This document shows, one piece after another, positions 1 through 9,193 of a stretch of 64,000 nucleotides of DNA (position 1 is its first letter; each line of letters opens with the position of its first letter). Position numbers and translations under genes: made by a program. The notes beneath the pieces were generated by a model. The model did not search any database. It saw only the letters and a list, made by a program, of their open reading frames with translations, and had not been told where the DNA came from. The stretch is from an uncultured virus (IMG/VR IMGVR_UViG_3300021400_001748) (taxonomy: Duplodnaviria; Heunggongvirae; Uroviricota; Caudoviricetes): IMG/VR virus record IMGVR_UViG_3300021400_001748; one strand, given 5' to 3'.

Positions 1-183
1 GGGCTACAAAATTATAAAAAAAATTTGCCCCCCGCTTTCAAAAGTGAGTTATAAAAAAAAAACCGGGGTTTTTTAAAACTGAGGTGTGGTAATTCCCCCC
101 TTTTTTTTTTTTTTTTTTTTTTTTTTGCAAATATTACACCCCATATTATAGCAGATAAAAACTATTTTATGGGAGGTATTATT

Positions 184-468
184 ATGTATAACTTAAATTA
201 TGTATATGTAGTAGTTTCTATGGACAAAAAGGATTATATGATTGAGCAGCTTATCAGCGATCTTGAAGGCTGGGCTAGTCATCTGTATAGAGTCGATCGG
301 AAGAATCGGGTCCTGTATAGAGGCCTTATTCCAGTGAAAGAACTTGAGAGTCTGTTTACATTAGAAGCCATGAGTCCTTATGGAGCTGGCTACGAGATTA
401 CAGTTGACGGAGTACCTGCCAGGGATTATGGTTGTTATCCTTGGAAAGTAGTTAGAGGGATTGCATAA
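184..468 (+). CDS. hypothetical protein
   Basis: GGAGG RBS, ATG at 184, upstream repeated motif. Confidence 0.7.
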   Translation: MYNLNYVYVVVSMDKKDYMIEQLISDLEGWASHLYRVDRKNRVLYRGLIPVKELESLFTLEAMSPYGAGYEITVDGVPARDYGCYPWKVVRGIA

Positions 469-541
469 ATTGCAGTCCCTTTAATTTTTACATATCCTAT
501 AATGTAACAATAACTCACAACTCAATAAAGGAGGAACGATT

Positions 542-844
542 ATGGAAGAACTTATTAATGCTTTGAATGAGCTATTCGACAATGCGCTGAAAGTAGGAAT
601 TGTTGAATACCCGGAAGATCCTGGATACTTATATTTCAAAGAGGATAATGATTTGTACAAGAAGGTGGACAAGTTGTGTGATCAGCTATTGATTGACAGC
701 TCCGAACACTGCAACTGGACAAACATTAGCACTCTTCGAAATTCTGGATTCAGAGTATTTCCTGGAGATCAAGATGGTTTTGGCTGGCTAGTTGGATGCA
801 TTCAGAGAAATGGTGACCGTAAGCTTACGTTTACTTATGGATGA
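542..844 (+). CDS. hypothetical protein
   Basis: AAAGGAGG RBS; motif upstream, hairpin downstream. Confidence 0.75.
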   Translation: MEELINALNELFDNALKVGIVEYPEDPGYLYFKEDNDLYKKVDKLCDQLLIDSSEHCNWTNISTLRNSGFRVFPGDQDGFGWLVGCIQRNGDRKLTFTYG

Positions 845-929
845 TGTTTGTTACGACTTAAGAGCAACTATTACAGCTGCTCTTTCTTTTTGCAAATATT
901 ACAGCTCCTAGTATAGGAGGTGATACTTT

Positions 930-1139
930 ATGATGAACGAATTAGATTTTCAAAAAATGCGAGGCGACGAATATTTCAAGGCACTACAAAAAGAGTGGGC
1001 TAAGAGTTATGAGTATCAATGTAAAATAACAGAACTGTTAGACAAACTATATGAGAAAGATAATGAAATATATCGTCTCAAGTGCGAAATTTCTGATTTA
1101 AAGTTTGAGTTAAAATGCACTAAAAATGGAGCAGATTAA
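930..1139 (+). CDS. small coiled-coil hypothetical protein
   Basis: AGGAGGTG RBS; heptad pattern; stop codon lies in the terminator loop. Confidence 0.7.
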   Translation: MMNELDFQKMRGDEYFKALQKEWAKSYEYQCKITELLDKLYEKDNEIYRLKCEISDLKFELKCTKNGAD

Positions 1140-1159
1140 ACATCTGCTTCTTTTTTTTT
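1131..1159 (+). terminator. intrinsic terminator GCAGAT-TAAAC-ATCTGC + T tract (also at 2142 and 8256)
   Basis: Perfect hairpin followed by T-rich sequence; three identical cores. Confidence 0.75.
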
Positions 1160-1202
1160 CTGTTCGAACTAGTGAGAACTGGTGAACGTAGTGAACGCAC
1201 TA

Positions 1203-1231
1203 TTGACAACACGACGAAAACCCTATATAAT
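1203..1231 (+). promoter_or_regulatory. consensus sigma70/sigmaA promoter
   Basis: TTGACA(1203)-17 nt-TATAAT(1226). Confidence 0.8.
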
Positions 1232-1309
1232 GCCTTAGTGAGGTACCAATCGCAAAACCTAAGGGCATACATAGGGCATTCTATCATATATGGATCCTAA
1301 GCAAATCCT

Positions 1310-1338
1310 ATTGTAGAATATTTTCTAAGCCATGTCAA
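1310..1338 (-). promoter_or_regulatory. convergent sigmaA-type promoter on the minus strand
   Basis: Minus strand TTGACA-17 nt-TACAAT; spacer overlaps inverted repeat TAGAA-TATT-TTCTA. Confidence 0.6.
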
Positions 1339-1402
1339 GGGGTTTTGTGACGAAATAGTAAAATTTAAGTCACTCATTTTCATGAAAGGAGATCAAAATG
1401 AC

Positions 1403-1600
1403 ATGGTTTACGAACAGATTTTAAAGTATTGTGAAGAGGAGAACATTTCGCTCTCAGAATTCGAGAAGAGATGCGAGATTGGAAACGGAACTGTAGGCAA
1501 ATGGAAGGACGGTAAGACGAGTCCTACGATTAAAACTTTGAATAAAATAGCTATTCATACAGATGTCACGATCGGATACTGGCTGGGAGGGATGGCATGA
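1403..1600 (+). CDS. XRE/Cro-family HTH transcriptional regulator
   Basis: ISLSEFEKRCEIGNGTVGKWKDGKTSPTIKTLNKIA is a typical HTH_XRE; AAAGGAG RBS. Confidence 0.85.
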   Translation: MVYEQILKYCEEENISLSEFEKRCEIGNGTVGKWKDGKTSPTIKTLNKIAIHTDVTIGYWLGGMA

Positions 1601-1938
1601 TGTATGAGCTTAGTAGAAACAGGTTCAAAGAGCTGAAACACTTTTGTTTACAGTATCCTGAAATGAAAGAAAGGACGCTTGAATTATATTCTAAGGGATA
1701 CGAAGAGACTTACGATCCAACAGGAAAGATAGCTTCAGAACTTGCTGACATAGAAAAAGCGATGAATCTGATCGAGACGACAGCATTCAATATCGGAAAA
1801 TTCCCGGGGGAGAAAATTCTGAAAATCGTTACAGAAGGAAGGGTGATAGGAGAAGTGTGCCCTGGTGATAATGATATTTGTGAGTGGTATCTTCGGAAGT
1901 TTTACTGGATGCTGGATAAAGCTAAGGGTGTGATTTGA
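1597..1938 (+). CDS. phage hypothetical protein
   Basis: ATGA overlap with the upstream gene; ELKHFCLQYPEM motif. Confidence 0.7.
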   Translation: MMYELSRNRFKELKHFCLQYPEMKERTLELYSKGYEETYDPTGKIASELADIEKAMNLIETTAFNIGKFPGEKILKIVTEGRVIGEVCPGDNDICEWYLRKFYWMLDKAKGVI

Positions 1939-1979
1939 AGCAAATATTACAACTCTTAAAATAGAAAGGAGTGATGAAT

Positions 1980-2150
1980 ATGAAAGAAATAATACTGTAT
2001 TCCGAAGGTCATATCTTTGCCAGCGATGCAGAAAGGATAAAGCAAATATGTGACGAACTTAATCAAAAGCTGGCGGCTGAAGGATATCTTTCGGCATACG
2101 ATGTCCTTGATGAAATCTATGAAGCACTCGGCATTAAAGAAGCAGATTAA
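1980..2150 (+). CDS. 56-aa protein resembling the DUF6353 C-terminal motif (not in ORF track)
   Basis: Own motif, AAAGGAG RBS and terminator; MKEIILYSEGHIFASDAERIKQICDELNQKLAAEGYLSAYDV... Confidence 0.65.
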   Translation: MKEIILYSEGHIFASDAERIKQICDELNQKLAAEGYLSAYDVLDEIYEALGIKEAD

Positions 2151-2208
2151 ACATCTGCTTCTTATTTTGCAATTATTACATCTCCTAGTATAGAAAGGAG
2201 TGATAGTT

Positions 2209-2472
2209 ATGAAAGTATACGCAGTTATACGCGAAGGGCAGTATGACGAACCAACGGAATTAATCTCTATTCACAAGACATTTGATGGAGCCCGTGAATC
2301 TATGAAAAGAGAATCATTCAAACTTATCGACGATGAGATAGCCGTTCTCATTAAAGAGAAGGAAGATAGTATTACTCTAGGATACGAGTGCCCAACAATG
2401 AACGAGTATGAAGAACCGAAGATTGATCCGTGGCTCGGATACTACATCGAAACAAAAGAATTACTTGAATAA
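2209..2472 (+). CDS. hypothetical protein
   Basis: Cassette with RBS; MKVYAVI start. Confidence 0.7.
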   Translation: MKVYAVIREGQYDEPTELISIHKTFDGARESMKRESFKLIDDEIAVLIKEKEDSITLGYECPTMNEYEEPKIDPWLGYYIETKELLE

Positions 2473-2481
2473 CTTATCAAC

Positions 2482-2765
2482 TTAAGAGCATCTACTACAG
2501 GTGCTCTTAATTTTGCAATTTTTACATCTTCTATAATGAATCATTAATATTCATTTAAAGGAGGAAAAATCTATGAATACTTGCAAACGAATCATGGACG
2601 TAGTTAATAAGTCTTTAGTTGTTTTGTACGGCGGAGGAATACTTATGAGCTGCGTTTTAGTAGGACAATGGAGTATAAATTGGGCAAAAGAGGAATTTAT
2701 GAAGGAATAATATTTGATAAGAGCATCTACTACAGGTGCTCTTAATTTTTACATCTCCTATAATG
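2482..2765 (+). repeat. direct repeat of terminator plus promoter (TAAGAGCATCTACTACAGGTGCTCTTAATTTT...ACATCT) flanking a small ORF
   Basis: Near-identical copies at about 2483 and 2718. Confidence 0.85.
2573..2710 (+). CDS. 45-aa membrane peptide (not in ORF track)
   Basis: AAAGGAGG RBS; hydrophobic core; complete cassette. Confidence 0.6.
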   Translation: MNTCKRIMDVVNKSLVVLYGGGILMSCVLVGQWSINWAKEEFMKE

Positions 2766-2798
2766 TAATAAACTTTATATTTTCGAAAGGAGATACTT

Positions 2799-3107
2799 AT
2801 GGTAGAAAAAGAGGTACTGCAGAATTTTATAGGAATTAAATTCTGGGATTTAAAAAGGCAACTCGGGGTCGATAACGATTATTCCGACTATGAGCAGAAT
2901 AATGTTAGACAGACATATCTTGACGAATGCATCGAATTGTTACCGTATTTAATGACAAGAAGCGGAACTGTAGATGAGGCAGAAAGACTGACAAAATATT
3001 ATTTTGTACTCAAGGTGTCAGAGCATCGTCCAGATCTCGATATCACCAAGGCTAGAATTGATTTGGGAATTACAGAGCTCAAGGAAAAGTATTGTAAGGA
3101 AATTTAG
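2799..3107 (+). CDS. hypothetical protein
   Basis: Cassette with RBS and hairpin. Confidence 0.7.
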   Translation: MVEKEVLQNFIGIKFWDLKRQLGVDNDYSDYEQNNVRQTYLDECIELLPYLMTRSGTVDEAERLTKYYFVLKVSEHRPDLDITKARIDLGITELKEKYCKEI

Positions 3108-3184
3108 TAGTGAAAAAGATGAGGAGTCCTAACAAGGGCTCTTCTTTTTGTTGAGTGAAACGAAGCACTAAGGAGGTTATATTT

Positions 3185-3454
3185 ATGGGACCTGATTTAT
3201 TAGAAGTATACAATCCCTGGACTGGCGAGATTGTTAAGACAACGCATTCTAATCTTATGAACAGCATCTGGACGTTAAACAAGCTATCACGTCCTGTTAA
3301 GCTGTGGTCACTTTTATATGCATTCGGACTTGAGCAGACTGTTACGAGTAAAGGTATTGATATTTTGAGTGATTCGTCTGAAAATCTCGGCGTTAGAACA
3401 GAAAGACTAAACGACAAAATAATGCTTGAATTATACATTCGAACTGATCTGTAA
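3185..3454 (+). CDS. hypothetical protein
   Basis: AAGGAGG RBS before ATG at 3185. Confidence 0.65.
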   Translation: MGPDLLEVYNPWTGEIVKTTHSNLMNSIWTLNKLSRPVKLWSLLYAFGLEQTVTSKGIDILSDSSENLGVRTERLNDKIMLELYIRTDL

Positions 3455-3511
3455 TTTTTACAATTCCTATAATGAACCAATCACTTTATATTTTAAAAAG
3501 GAGGATTTATT

Positions 3512-3736
3512 ATGGGTCATGAGACAAAAGTTAAGTTGGGATACCCAGAGTTCCAGCAATTAGTGAATGCTAATGATTATCTTGAGGAAATAAGAGAACT
3601 GCTAAGAGCACAGACACAAATGAACTTGCTCTCAGATCTCCTGTTCCATGACATGATCAGCGAAGAGGTTTATAAGTCGGAACTCGAAAATATTGCAACG
3701 ACGGAAATGCATATGAGCATAAAGTTCCTGAAGTGA
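3512..3736 (+). CDS. hypothetical protein
   Basis: Cassette with RBS. Confidence 0.7.
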   Translation: MGHETKVKLGYPEFQQLVNANDYLEEIRELLRAQTQMNLLSDLLFHDMISEEVYKSELENIATTEMHMSIKFLK

Positions 3737-3807
3737 CAACTATAACCCTGTGCAGGTGATGCATGGGGTTAATTTTTACATCTCCTGTAATGAAAGGAGT
3801 GATACGT

Positions 3808-3993
3808 ATGTTCAATACTAAAAAGAACAGAATTAAGGAGCTCGAAAATAGACTTATTACTGCATTATTGTATAATGAATTACTGGAGAAGCAGGTAGAG
3901 AACTATCAAGGACGTCTTGATGCTGAAATTAAAGAATCAGAGAAGTGGAAGAAACGTTGTCACGAATTATGCAAAGAAGCTCAGGAGAAATAA
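3808..3993 (+). CDS. small coiled-coil protein
   Basis: AAAGGAG RBS; cassette. Confidence 0.65.
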   Translation: MFNTKKNRIKELENRLITALLYNELLEKQVENYQGRLDAEIKESEKWKKRCHELCKEAQEK

Positions 3994-4092
3994 CCTGGGC
4001 TTTTATATTTTCTGTTCGAATTCATGATGATCTGTAAAAATTACACTTCTTATAATGTAAATAATAACTAACTTTTCAAAAGGAGGACTATT

Positions 4093-4275
4093 ATGAAACA
4101 CATAACAAGACAGTATTTTATGGCTGTTGCATCGCTGACCGCAGCACATCTTCAGAATGCAAAAGAATCTGATGACGGAAAGACGGTGGTCGACGAAAGC
4201 TATTTAAGAGCAGTTTTGAATTGTTTTGGACAAGATCCTGATGTTAGGAATTATTACGCAGAGGAGGAAAAGTAA
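4093..4275 (+). CDS. hypothetical protein
   Basis: Cassette with RBS. Confidence 0.65.
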   Translation: MKHITRQYFMAVASLTAAHLQNAKESDDGKTVVDESYLRAVLNCFGQDPDVRNYYAEEEK

Positions 4276-4379
4276 CAAGTTATGAAACTAAAAATAGGGG
4301 AGGCGCTGCTTCTCCTATTGTTTTTCTAATTGCTTCATGATATTCTATTCGTACACTTTACTAAAAGGAGGAGAGACCT

Positions 4380-4595
4380 ATGAAAGTAACGTTTGATGAG
4401 TATCTTGAAGCTTGTGACAGAAGTGTTGAAAATCCAGATATTCCTATGCCGATTCCATGTGCTAGCTGTGAGGATGAAATGATGGAATACGATGCAGATA
4501 GCGAAAGTTATATTTGCCAGTCTTGTGGAAGAGAGGTACTGCTTGAAGATAAGGATGAATACTTACAGGACATTCTTTCTGGAAAGTATGAATAA
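4380..4595 (+). CDS. acidic zinc-ribbon protein
   Basis: CASC...CQSC; strong RBS; lacks the repeated motif. Confidence 0.7.
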   Translation: MKVTFDEYLEACDRSVENPDIPMPIPCASCEDEMMEYDADSESYICQSCGREVLLEDKDEYLQDILSGKYE

Positions 4596-4702
4596 TAGAA
4601 TTTCAAAAGGCTCTATCAGAAATGGTAGGGTCTTTTTTATTCGTAAAAATTACATCAGCTATAATGTAGCATAAAGTTATTTTTAGAAAGGAGAAACTTA
4701 CT

Positions 4703-4876
4703 ATGAAGATGATGAATGACAAGGAAAGACAGGTATGTTTAGGCATTATTTCTAGAGGAATTGAGAATGCGGACTTGGCGAAAGAAAACCAGGATCGTAT
4801 TATCAGAGCTCAGAGTAGGCTGATTATTGACTTGTTGACCGAAGTCACGGCTTTAAAGAAGGAACTTGGTAAATAA
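4703..4876 (+). CDS. 57-aa hypothetical protein (not in ORF track)
   Basis: Motif, AAAGGAG RBS and hairpin. Confidence 0.6.
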   Translation: MKMMNDKERQVCLGIISRGIENADLAKENQDRIIRAQSRLIIDLLTEVTALKKELGK

Positions 4877-4998
4877 TAATTAACATTACAAAAAAGGAGG
4901 GACTTAGCACGAGACTGTTGCAAGTCCTTTCTTTTTCGCAATTTTAACATTTCCTTTAATGATATACATTAACTATTTATTATAAAGGAGGAAATGAC

Positions 4999-5172
4999 AT
5001 GAAAAGCTGGATCTTAAAAGTGATTGGATTCATTCATGGAGGCATATTGATGACTAGCATCTGTATGAATGTAATACTTGGTCTCATTATTGCACTTATG
5101 TATGAAGACAAGAAGAAAGAAAAAGAGAATCCATGGCACAGTTATAGCGGATATTATAATGGAAAGAAATGA
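4999..5172 (+). CDS. 57-aa membrane peptide (not in ORF track)
   Basis: Motif and RBS; one hydrophobic segment. Confidence 0.6.
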   Translation: MKSWILKVIGFIHGGILMTSICMNVILGLIIALMYEDKKKEKENPWHSYSGYYNGKK

Positions 5173-5233
5173 TATTTTCAAAAGCTTCAGGCAGAAATGT
5201 CTGGGGCTTTTAGTTTTCACTAAAGGAGGACAT

Positions 5234-5716
5234 ATGGACAAACTTTATATTCATTACGGGTCTAATCATTTAATCAAAGAGAAAGTTACTGAAATGAAAC
5301 ATGAAGCAGGAATCAATATGTGCATAAACAAGCCAGATTTCGGACTTTGGGGCTCTCCAGTTGACTGTGAATTCGGATGGAAGGAGTGGTGCGAATCCGA
5401 AGACTTTCATACGGATACTCTTGATCAATATTTTGTATTCAAGGTGAAAGACGGAGCCAAGATTTTTACAGTGAGAAAGAATAATGACGTATCGGATTAT
5501 CTTCACTCTCTTGGTTATCTAAATATGTTCAAGTGCATAGACTTTGATAAAATCATGAAAGAATACGACGGCATGGAATTAATTCATGGCGATAACTATA
5601 TGGATCTTCATTATGGGTATTTCTACAGTTGGGATGTTGATTCAATAGTCGTCTGGAATCCGGATGTTATCGAAGTAGTTAGGAAGCATACGCAAAAACT
5701 ACACATACTAAGATAG
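5234..5716 (+). CDS. phage hypothetical protein
   Basis: AAAGGAGG RBS before ATG at 5234; YIHYG, KPxxGLWGSP and WDVDS motifs. Confidence 0.75.
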   Translation: MDKLYIHYGSNHLIKEKVTEMKHEAGINMCINKPDFGLWGSPVDCEFGWKEWCESEDFHTDTLDQYFVFKVKDGAKIFTVRKNNDVSDYLHSLGYLNMFKCIDFDKIMKEYDGMELIHGDNYMDLHYGYFYSWDVDSIVVWNPDVIEVVRKHTQKLHILR

Positions 5717-5856
5717 AAAGGAGGTTGACCGGGAGGCCGGCAGAGGCACATCTATGGCCATATCTATGTCATCTCTATTTCACATCTAAGTAACGCTTTG
5801 AGTTAGATTGCAAGTAATTCAATGCGTTATATCTTTTTGAGAAAGGAGGCGAAAAA

Positions 5857-6012
5857 GTGGATACACTGGGCATTGTTTGTATTGTTTTTACGATTATCAT
5901 TCAAACTTTTTGTCTGGGAGAAGATTTGGGTAATTTTAAAGCGGCCGTTAAAGTTACCTGTATCTCTTTCTGGACCATGTTACTCGCTGTGTTACTATTT
6001 AAACTCATATGA
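5857..6012 (+). CDS. 51-aa peptide with two hydrophobic segments (not in ORF track)
   Basis: AAAGGAGG RBS before GTG. Confidence 0.55.
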   Translation: MDTLGIVCIVFTIIIQTFCLGEDLGNFKAAVKVTCISFWTMLLAVLLFKLI

Positions 6013-6023
6013 AAGGAACTAAA

Positions 6024-6326
6024 ATGAAGGTATTTTTAAGTTATCCAATGAATGGAAAGTCATTATCTGAACAGCTTGGAATCAGGCATGCTATGAAAGA
6101 AGCACTATGGAATCAAGGCTATGCAGGGTGCGAGGTTACTCATAATGCCTACTGTCCGATTGTAGAAGGAGCAGGTAGACTCTACTACTTAGGACAGGCT
6201 ATCTCAAAAATGGACGGATGCGATGCGGTTGCATTTCATCCTGAATGGATCATGGCGAATGGATGCAGAGTTGAAAGATTTGTTGCTGAGATATACGGAC
6301 TTACTATCATTGATCTTGACATGTAA
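6024..6326 (+). CDS. DUF4406 / nucleoside 2-deoxyribosyltransferase-like protein
   Basis: MKVFLSYPMNG ... CDAVAFHPEW..ANGCRVE pattern. Confidence 0.75.
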   Translation: MKVFLSYPMNGKSLSEQLGIRHAMKEALWNQGYAGCEVTHNAYCPIVEGAGRLYYLGQAISKMDGCDAVAFHPEWIMANGCRVERFVAEIYGLTIIDLDM

Positions 6327-6342
6327 AGGAGTGATATTTATC

Positions 6343-6627
6343 ATGTGGATTTTAATTTTGACATTTATAATCGGCTTACTGATGGGCATTGTGATAGGCA
6401 TTCCTGTAACACTATATCTCTATAAAGCAGGAACTCTTGTAATTGATCAATCTGATCTTATCACAGACAAATACTCATTCGAAATAGATAAGGATCTTGC
6501 TAAGCTGCCTCGTGAAGATTATATTTCAATGAAGATCAAAGTAATAAACGAGCGTCCAGAAGTCGTTACTGAAGAGCATGTTAAGAAGTATTTAGACGTG
6601 CCTGAAGATGACCTTGATCCGCAATAA
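6343..6627 (+). CDS. protein with an N-terminal TM helix
   Basis: RBS; hydrophobic N-terminus. Confidence 0.7.
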   Translation: MWILILTFIIGLLMGIVIGIPVTLYLYKAGTLVIDQSDLITDKYSFEIDKDLAKLPREDYISMKIKVINERPEVVTEEHVKKYLDVPEDDLDPQ

Positions 6628-6682
6628 AAACAATGGCTTTAATGAAACTATAAAATTGGTCTTAGAAAGGAGATACGGAAAC

Positions 6683-7081
6683 ATGACAACAAATTATGCG
6701 GAAACTCTTGATCAGATTCTTGAAGTAAATGCAGAATCTATATTGCAGATGGATCTGACAGATGAGAAAGCAGAAAAGGCTGTTAAGAATTTGGAAACTC
6801 TTAGCGGCATTCGTGTTCAGCTGTACCAGGCACAGCAGGAAGCATATGAAGCTGAAGTTAAGGCTCAGCAGGAAGATGCTAAGGCTGTACTTGATCGGAA
6901 GAATACGATTGCAACATGGGCAACAAATGGATTCACAGCTGTATTGATGCTTTTCTCTGCGGTAACTCCGTTTGTGATCATGAACGCTGAGAAAGAGGGC
7001 AGATTCTGGTCGAGAGCTGCCATGAATGCTGTCGAAAAGGGTCCGAAGTTTGGATTCGTAAAGGCTATTTTTAGGAAGTAG
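6683..7081 (+). CDS. coiled-coil protein with a TM segment
   Basis: Cassette with RBS. Confidence 0.7.
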   Translation: MTTNYAETLDQILEVNAESILQMDLTDEKAEKAVKNLETLSGIRVQLYQAQQEAYEAEVKAQQEDAKAVLDRKNTIATWATNGFTAVLMLFSAVTPFVIMNAEKEGRFWSRAAMNAVEKGPKFGFVKAIFRK

Positions 7082-7185
7082 TTTCAATCAGTTTAAGGCC
7101 CTGTGTGATATTTTACATGGGGTCTTAATTTTTACAAGTCGTATAGTGATACTAATTAAAATGTTTCTGAGAAAGGAGAAATGTT

Positions 7186-7533
7186 ATGAAGGAAGAAACT
7201 ATTAACAAACTTGACAGGATCAAAAGAAAGATCGATGACCATCCACTTTTGGTAGGTCTTATTATAGGCATATCAACCGTGTCGATCATTGGCATTCCGT
7301 ATTTGATTGGTTACAGGCACGGTAAAGTAGATATGCTTAATATTGTGGACAAAAGCACAGAGCCAATCATTCAGAGGGCTTTTGATATTGGCGGGGAAGT
7401 CACTTATAGGACGATCAAAGAAAAGGCACCGAAAGCTTTCGATATGATGCATAAAGAAGTTGGGACGTTTTTAACAGTTGAGTATCCTGGAGCAACAGTA
7501 GACTATTTCAAAGGAACTATCAGAGTAAAATAA
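7186..7533 (+). CDS. membrane-anchored hypothetical protein
   Basis: Cassette; weak resemblance to 18038..18415. Confidence 0.7.
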   Translation: MKEETINKLDRIKRKIDDHPLLVGLIIGISTVSIIGIPYLIGYRHGKVDMLNIVDKSTEPIIQRAFDIGGEVTYRTIKEKAPKAFDMMHKEVGTFLTVEYPGATVDYFKGTIRVK

Positions 7534-7539
7534 GTATCA

Positions 7540-8012
7540 TTAAGGGCTTGTTGCAAATGCTACAGGTCCTTATATTTTTTTCAAATTAGCAATTTTTACA
7601 GATTGTATAATGATACAAATTAAATGTTTTCAAAAGGAGGAAAACTATGGACTTTGATAACATGGGAGAAATTAAAGAGCTTTTAAAACTTGGAGATGAT
7701 TTCAGTGATGAAGAGATAACTAGTAATCTTAACAAGAATATTACGATTCAGGCCATTATTGATGATGGAGAGAATGAAGTTGTATTCCCATTGATCAAAT
7801 TGCCGGCCTGGACAGTAGTCGAAGCTTATAAAAATATTGCTAGATTTGAGAAAGGAGAGTGCACTGAAGCAGACGCAAAAGAAGAGTTCAAAAACCGCTT
7901 TAATGATCTCATTGATGTCGGAATAGTGGAAGTCTGCATTTAATTGCATTGATAAGGGCTTGTGGCAAATGCTACAGGTCCTTATATTTTTTCAAATTAG
8001 CAATTTTTGCAT
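7540..8012 (+). repeat. about 60-bp direct repeat (terminator plus promoter) flanking ORF 7647..7943; third partial copy at about 8739
   Basis: TAAGGGCTTGTtGCAAATGCTACAGGTCCTTATATTTTTTCAAATTAGCAATTTTT at about 7541 and 7953. Confidence 0.85.
7647..7943 (+). CDS. acidic hypothetical protein
   Basis: Cassette with RBS. Confidence 0.7.
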   Translation: MDFDNMGEIKELLKLGDDFSDEEITSNLNKNITIQAIIDDGENEVVFPLIKLPAWTVVEAYKNIARFEKGECTEADAKEEFKNRFNDLIDVGIVEVCI

Positions 8013-8057
8013 CTCCTATGATGAAGAATATTAATCTATTTCAAAGGAGGAATTATT

Positions 8058-8264
8058 ATGTTTAGTTTAGAAAGATTAGTAGCAAAAATAAGACTTCATT
8101 ATCATGCTAATTGTCTTGACATTAATAATGCGCTGAATCAGATGCATTTAATGCCAGATGAAAAGAATGAGAAAAGTAATGAGAAGCATGCTATGATTAT
8201 CTTTACGGATGTATTTCCGATGTTGGGAGTTGATATTTTCAAAGGGAGGAATGAGGCAGATTAA
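8058..8264 (+). CDS. hypothetical protein
   Basis: Cassette; stop codon in the terminator loop. Confidence 0.65.
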   Translation: MFSLERLVAKIRLHYHANCLDINNALNQMHLMPDEKNEKSNEKHAMIIFTDVFPMLGVDIFKGRNEAD

Positions 8265-8314
8265 ACATCTGCTTCTTTTTTTTTTCGAATTCGCAAAAAC
8301 TACACATACTAAGA

Positions 8315-8482
8315 TAGAGAGTAAATACAAACTGAAGACTAGTTTCAGTTAAGTATTGAGCTCAAGGGATAAGAGCTAGTGGTTCTAGTATCCTAAACCA
8401 TAACCAGGCATGGATATTGTTCAAGTAGAGTGGGAATCTTGAAAAGGATTCTGCACCCCTTGCAACTCTTATTTTTTTTTTT
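8315..8482 (+). ncRNA. putative structured small RNA
   Basis: Follows a promoter motif but has no RBS or ORF; several hairpins including GAATCTT-GAAA-AGGATTC; ends in a long T run. Confidence 0.5.
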
Positions 8483-8567
8483 CGAGTTTGTGAGTATGAC
8501 AAACCGCAAATAATTCATGGCTTTTAATGATACAATTCAGATTATATTTGAAAGGAGAACTGCAGTT

Positions 8568-8732
8568 ATGAAAATTAATTTAGATATCGGAAAAGCAGGA
8601 CTTGGCTTATTCGGTGCTGGCTTAGCTATATTAGCAGGCATTGTTGAGGACAAGAAAATGGAATATACCGTAGAAAAGGAGGTGAAGAAACAGCTCTCTG
8701 GAGGAGATGAATCTGAAGAAAAGAAGAAATAA
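8568..8732 (+). CDS. small membrane protein
   Basis: AAAGGAG RBS; Gly-rich hydrophobic segment. Confidence 0.65.
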   Translation: MKINLDIGKAGLGLFGAGLAILAGIVEDKKMEYTVEKEVKKQLSGGDESEEKKK

Positions 8733-8832
8733 AGGCATAAGGGCTTGCAGTTAATGCTGCAGGTCCTTATATTTTTGCAATTTTTACATCCTTTATTATA
8801 GAACATATTGATCTATAAGGAGGAAAAGGATT

Positions 8833-9072
8833 ATGAAACATGAAAAAGCTTGGTTGGCCTTAGCAGTATTTGGTTATGGAAACTTGCTAATGACAATGAT
8901 TGCAGCTTTCATAGTAAGGGTTATGTACAATTTGAGTCTTGTATCTGACACGGTAAATAGTGTCGGAACAGGAATTATGATGTACGGAATAGCCTGCTAT
9001 GGAGTGTCATTAACGACAGCTTATTTCCTTGACAAATACGAGGAGAAGGACAAAAGAAAGGAGGCGAAATAA
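8833..9072 (+). CDS. two-TM membrane protein
   Basis: Cassette; two hydrophobic segments. Confidence 0.7.
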   Translation: MKHEKAWLALAVFGYGNLLMTMIAAFIVRVMYNLSLVSDTVNSVGTGIMMYGIACYGVSLTTAYFLDKYEEKDKRKEAK

Positions 9073-9193
9073 TCCTCCTCTTTATTTTTTTCTGGCTGAA
9101 TTGAAAATAGTACGTTATAGAACAAAATGTTCGCAATATTAACATCTCCTATGATAGAACAATACATGTTCTATTATGAAAGGAGATTTTATT

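Noticed and set aside
1..126. Homopolymer runs (poly-A, poly-C, long poly-T) at the window start
   Set aside because: Looks like low-quality contig-end sequence rather than a biological feature
9120..9172. GAAC...GTTC inverted repeats as LexA/DinR boxes
   Set aside because: Spacers are 5 and 7 nt rather than the canonical 4
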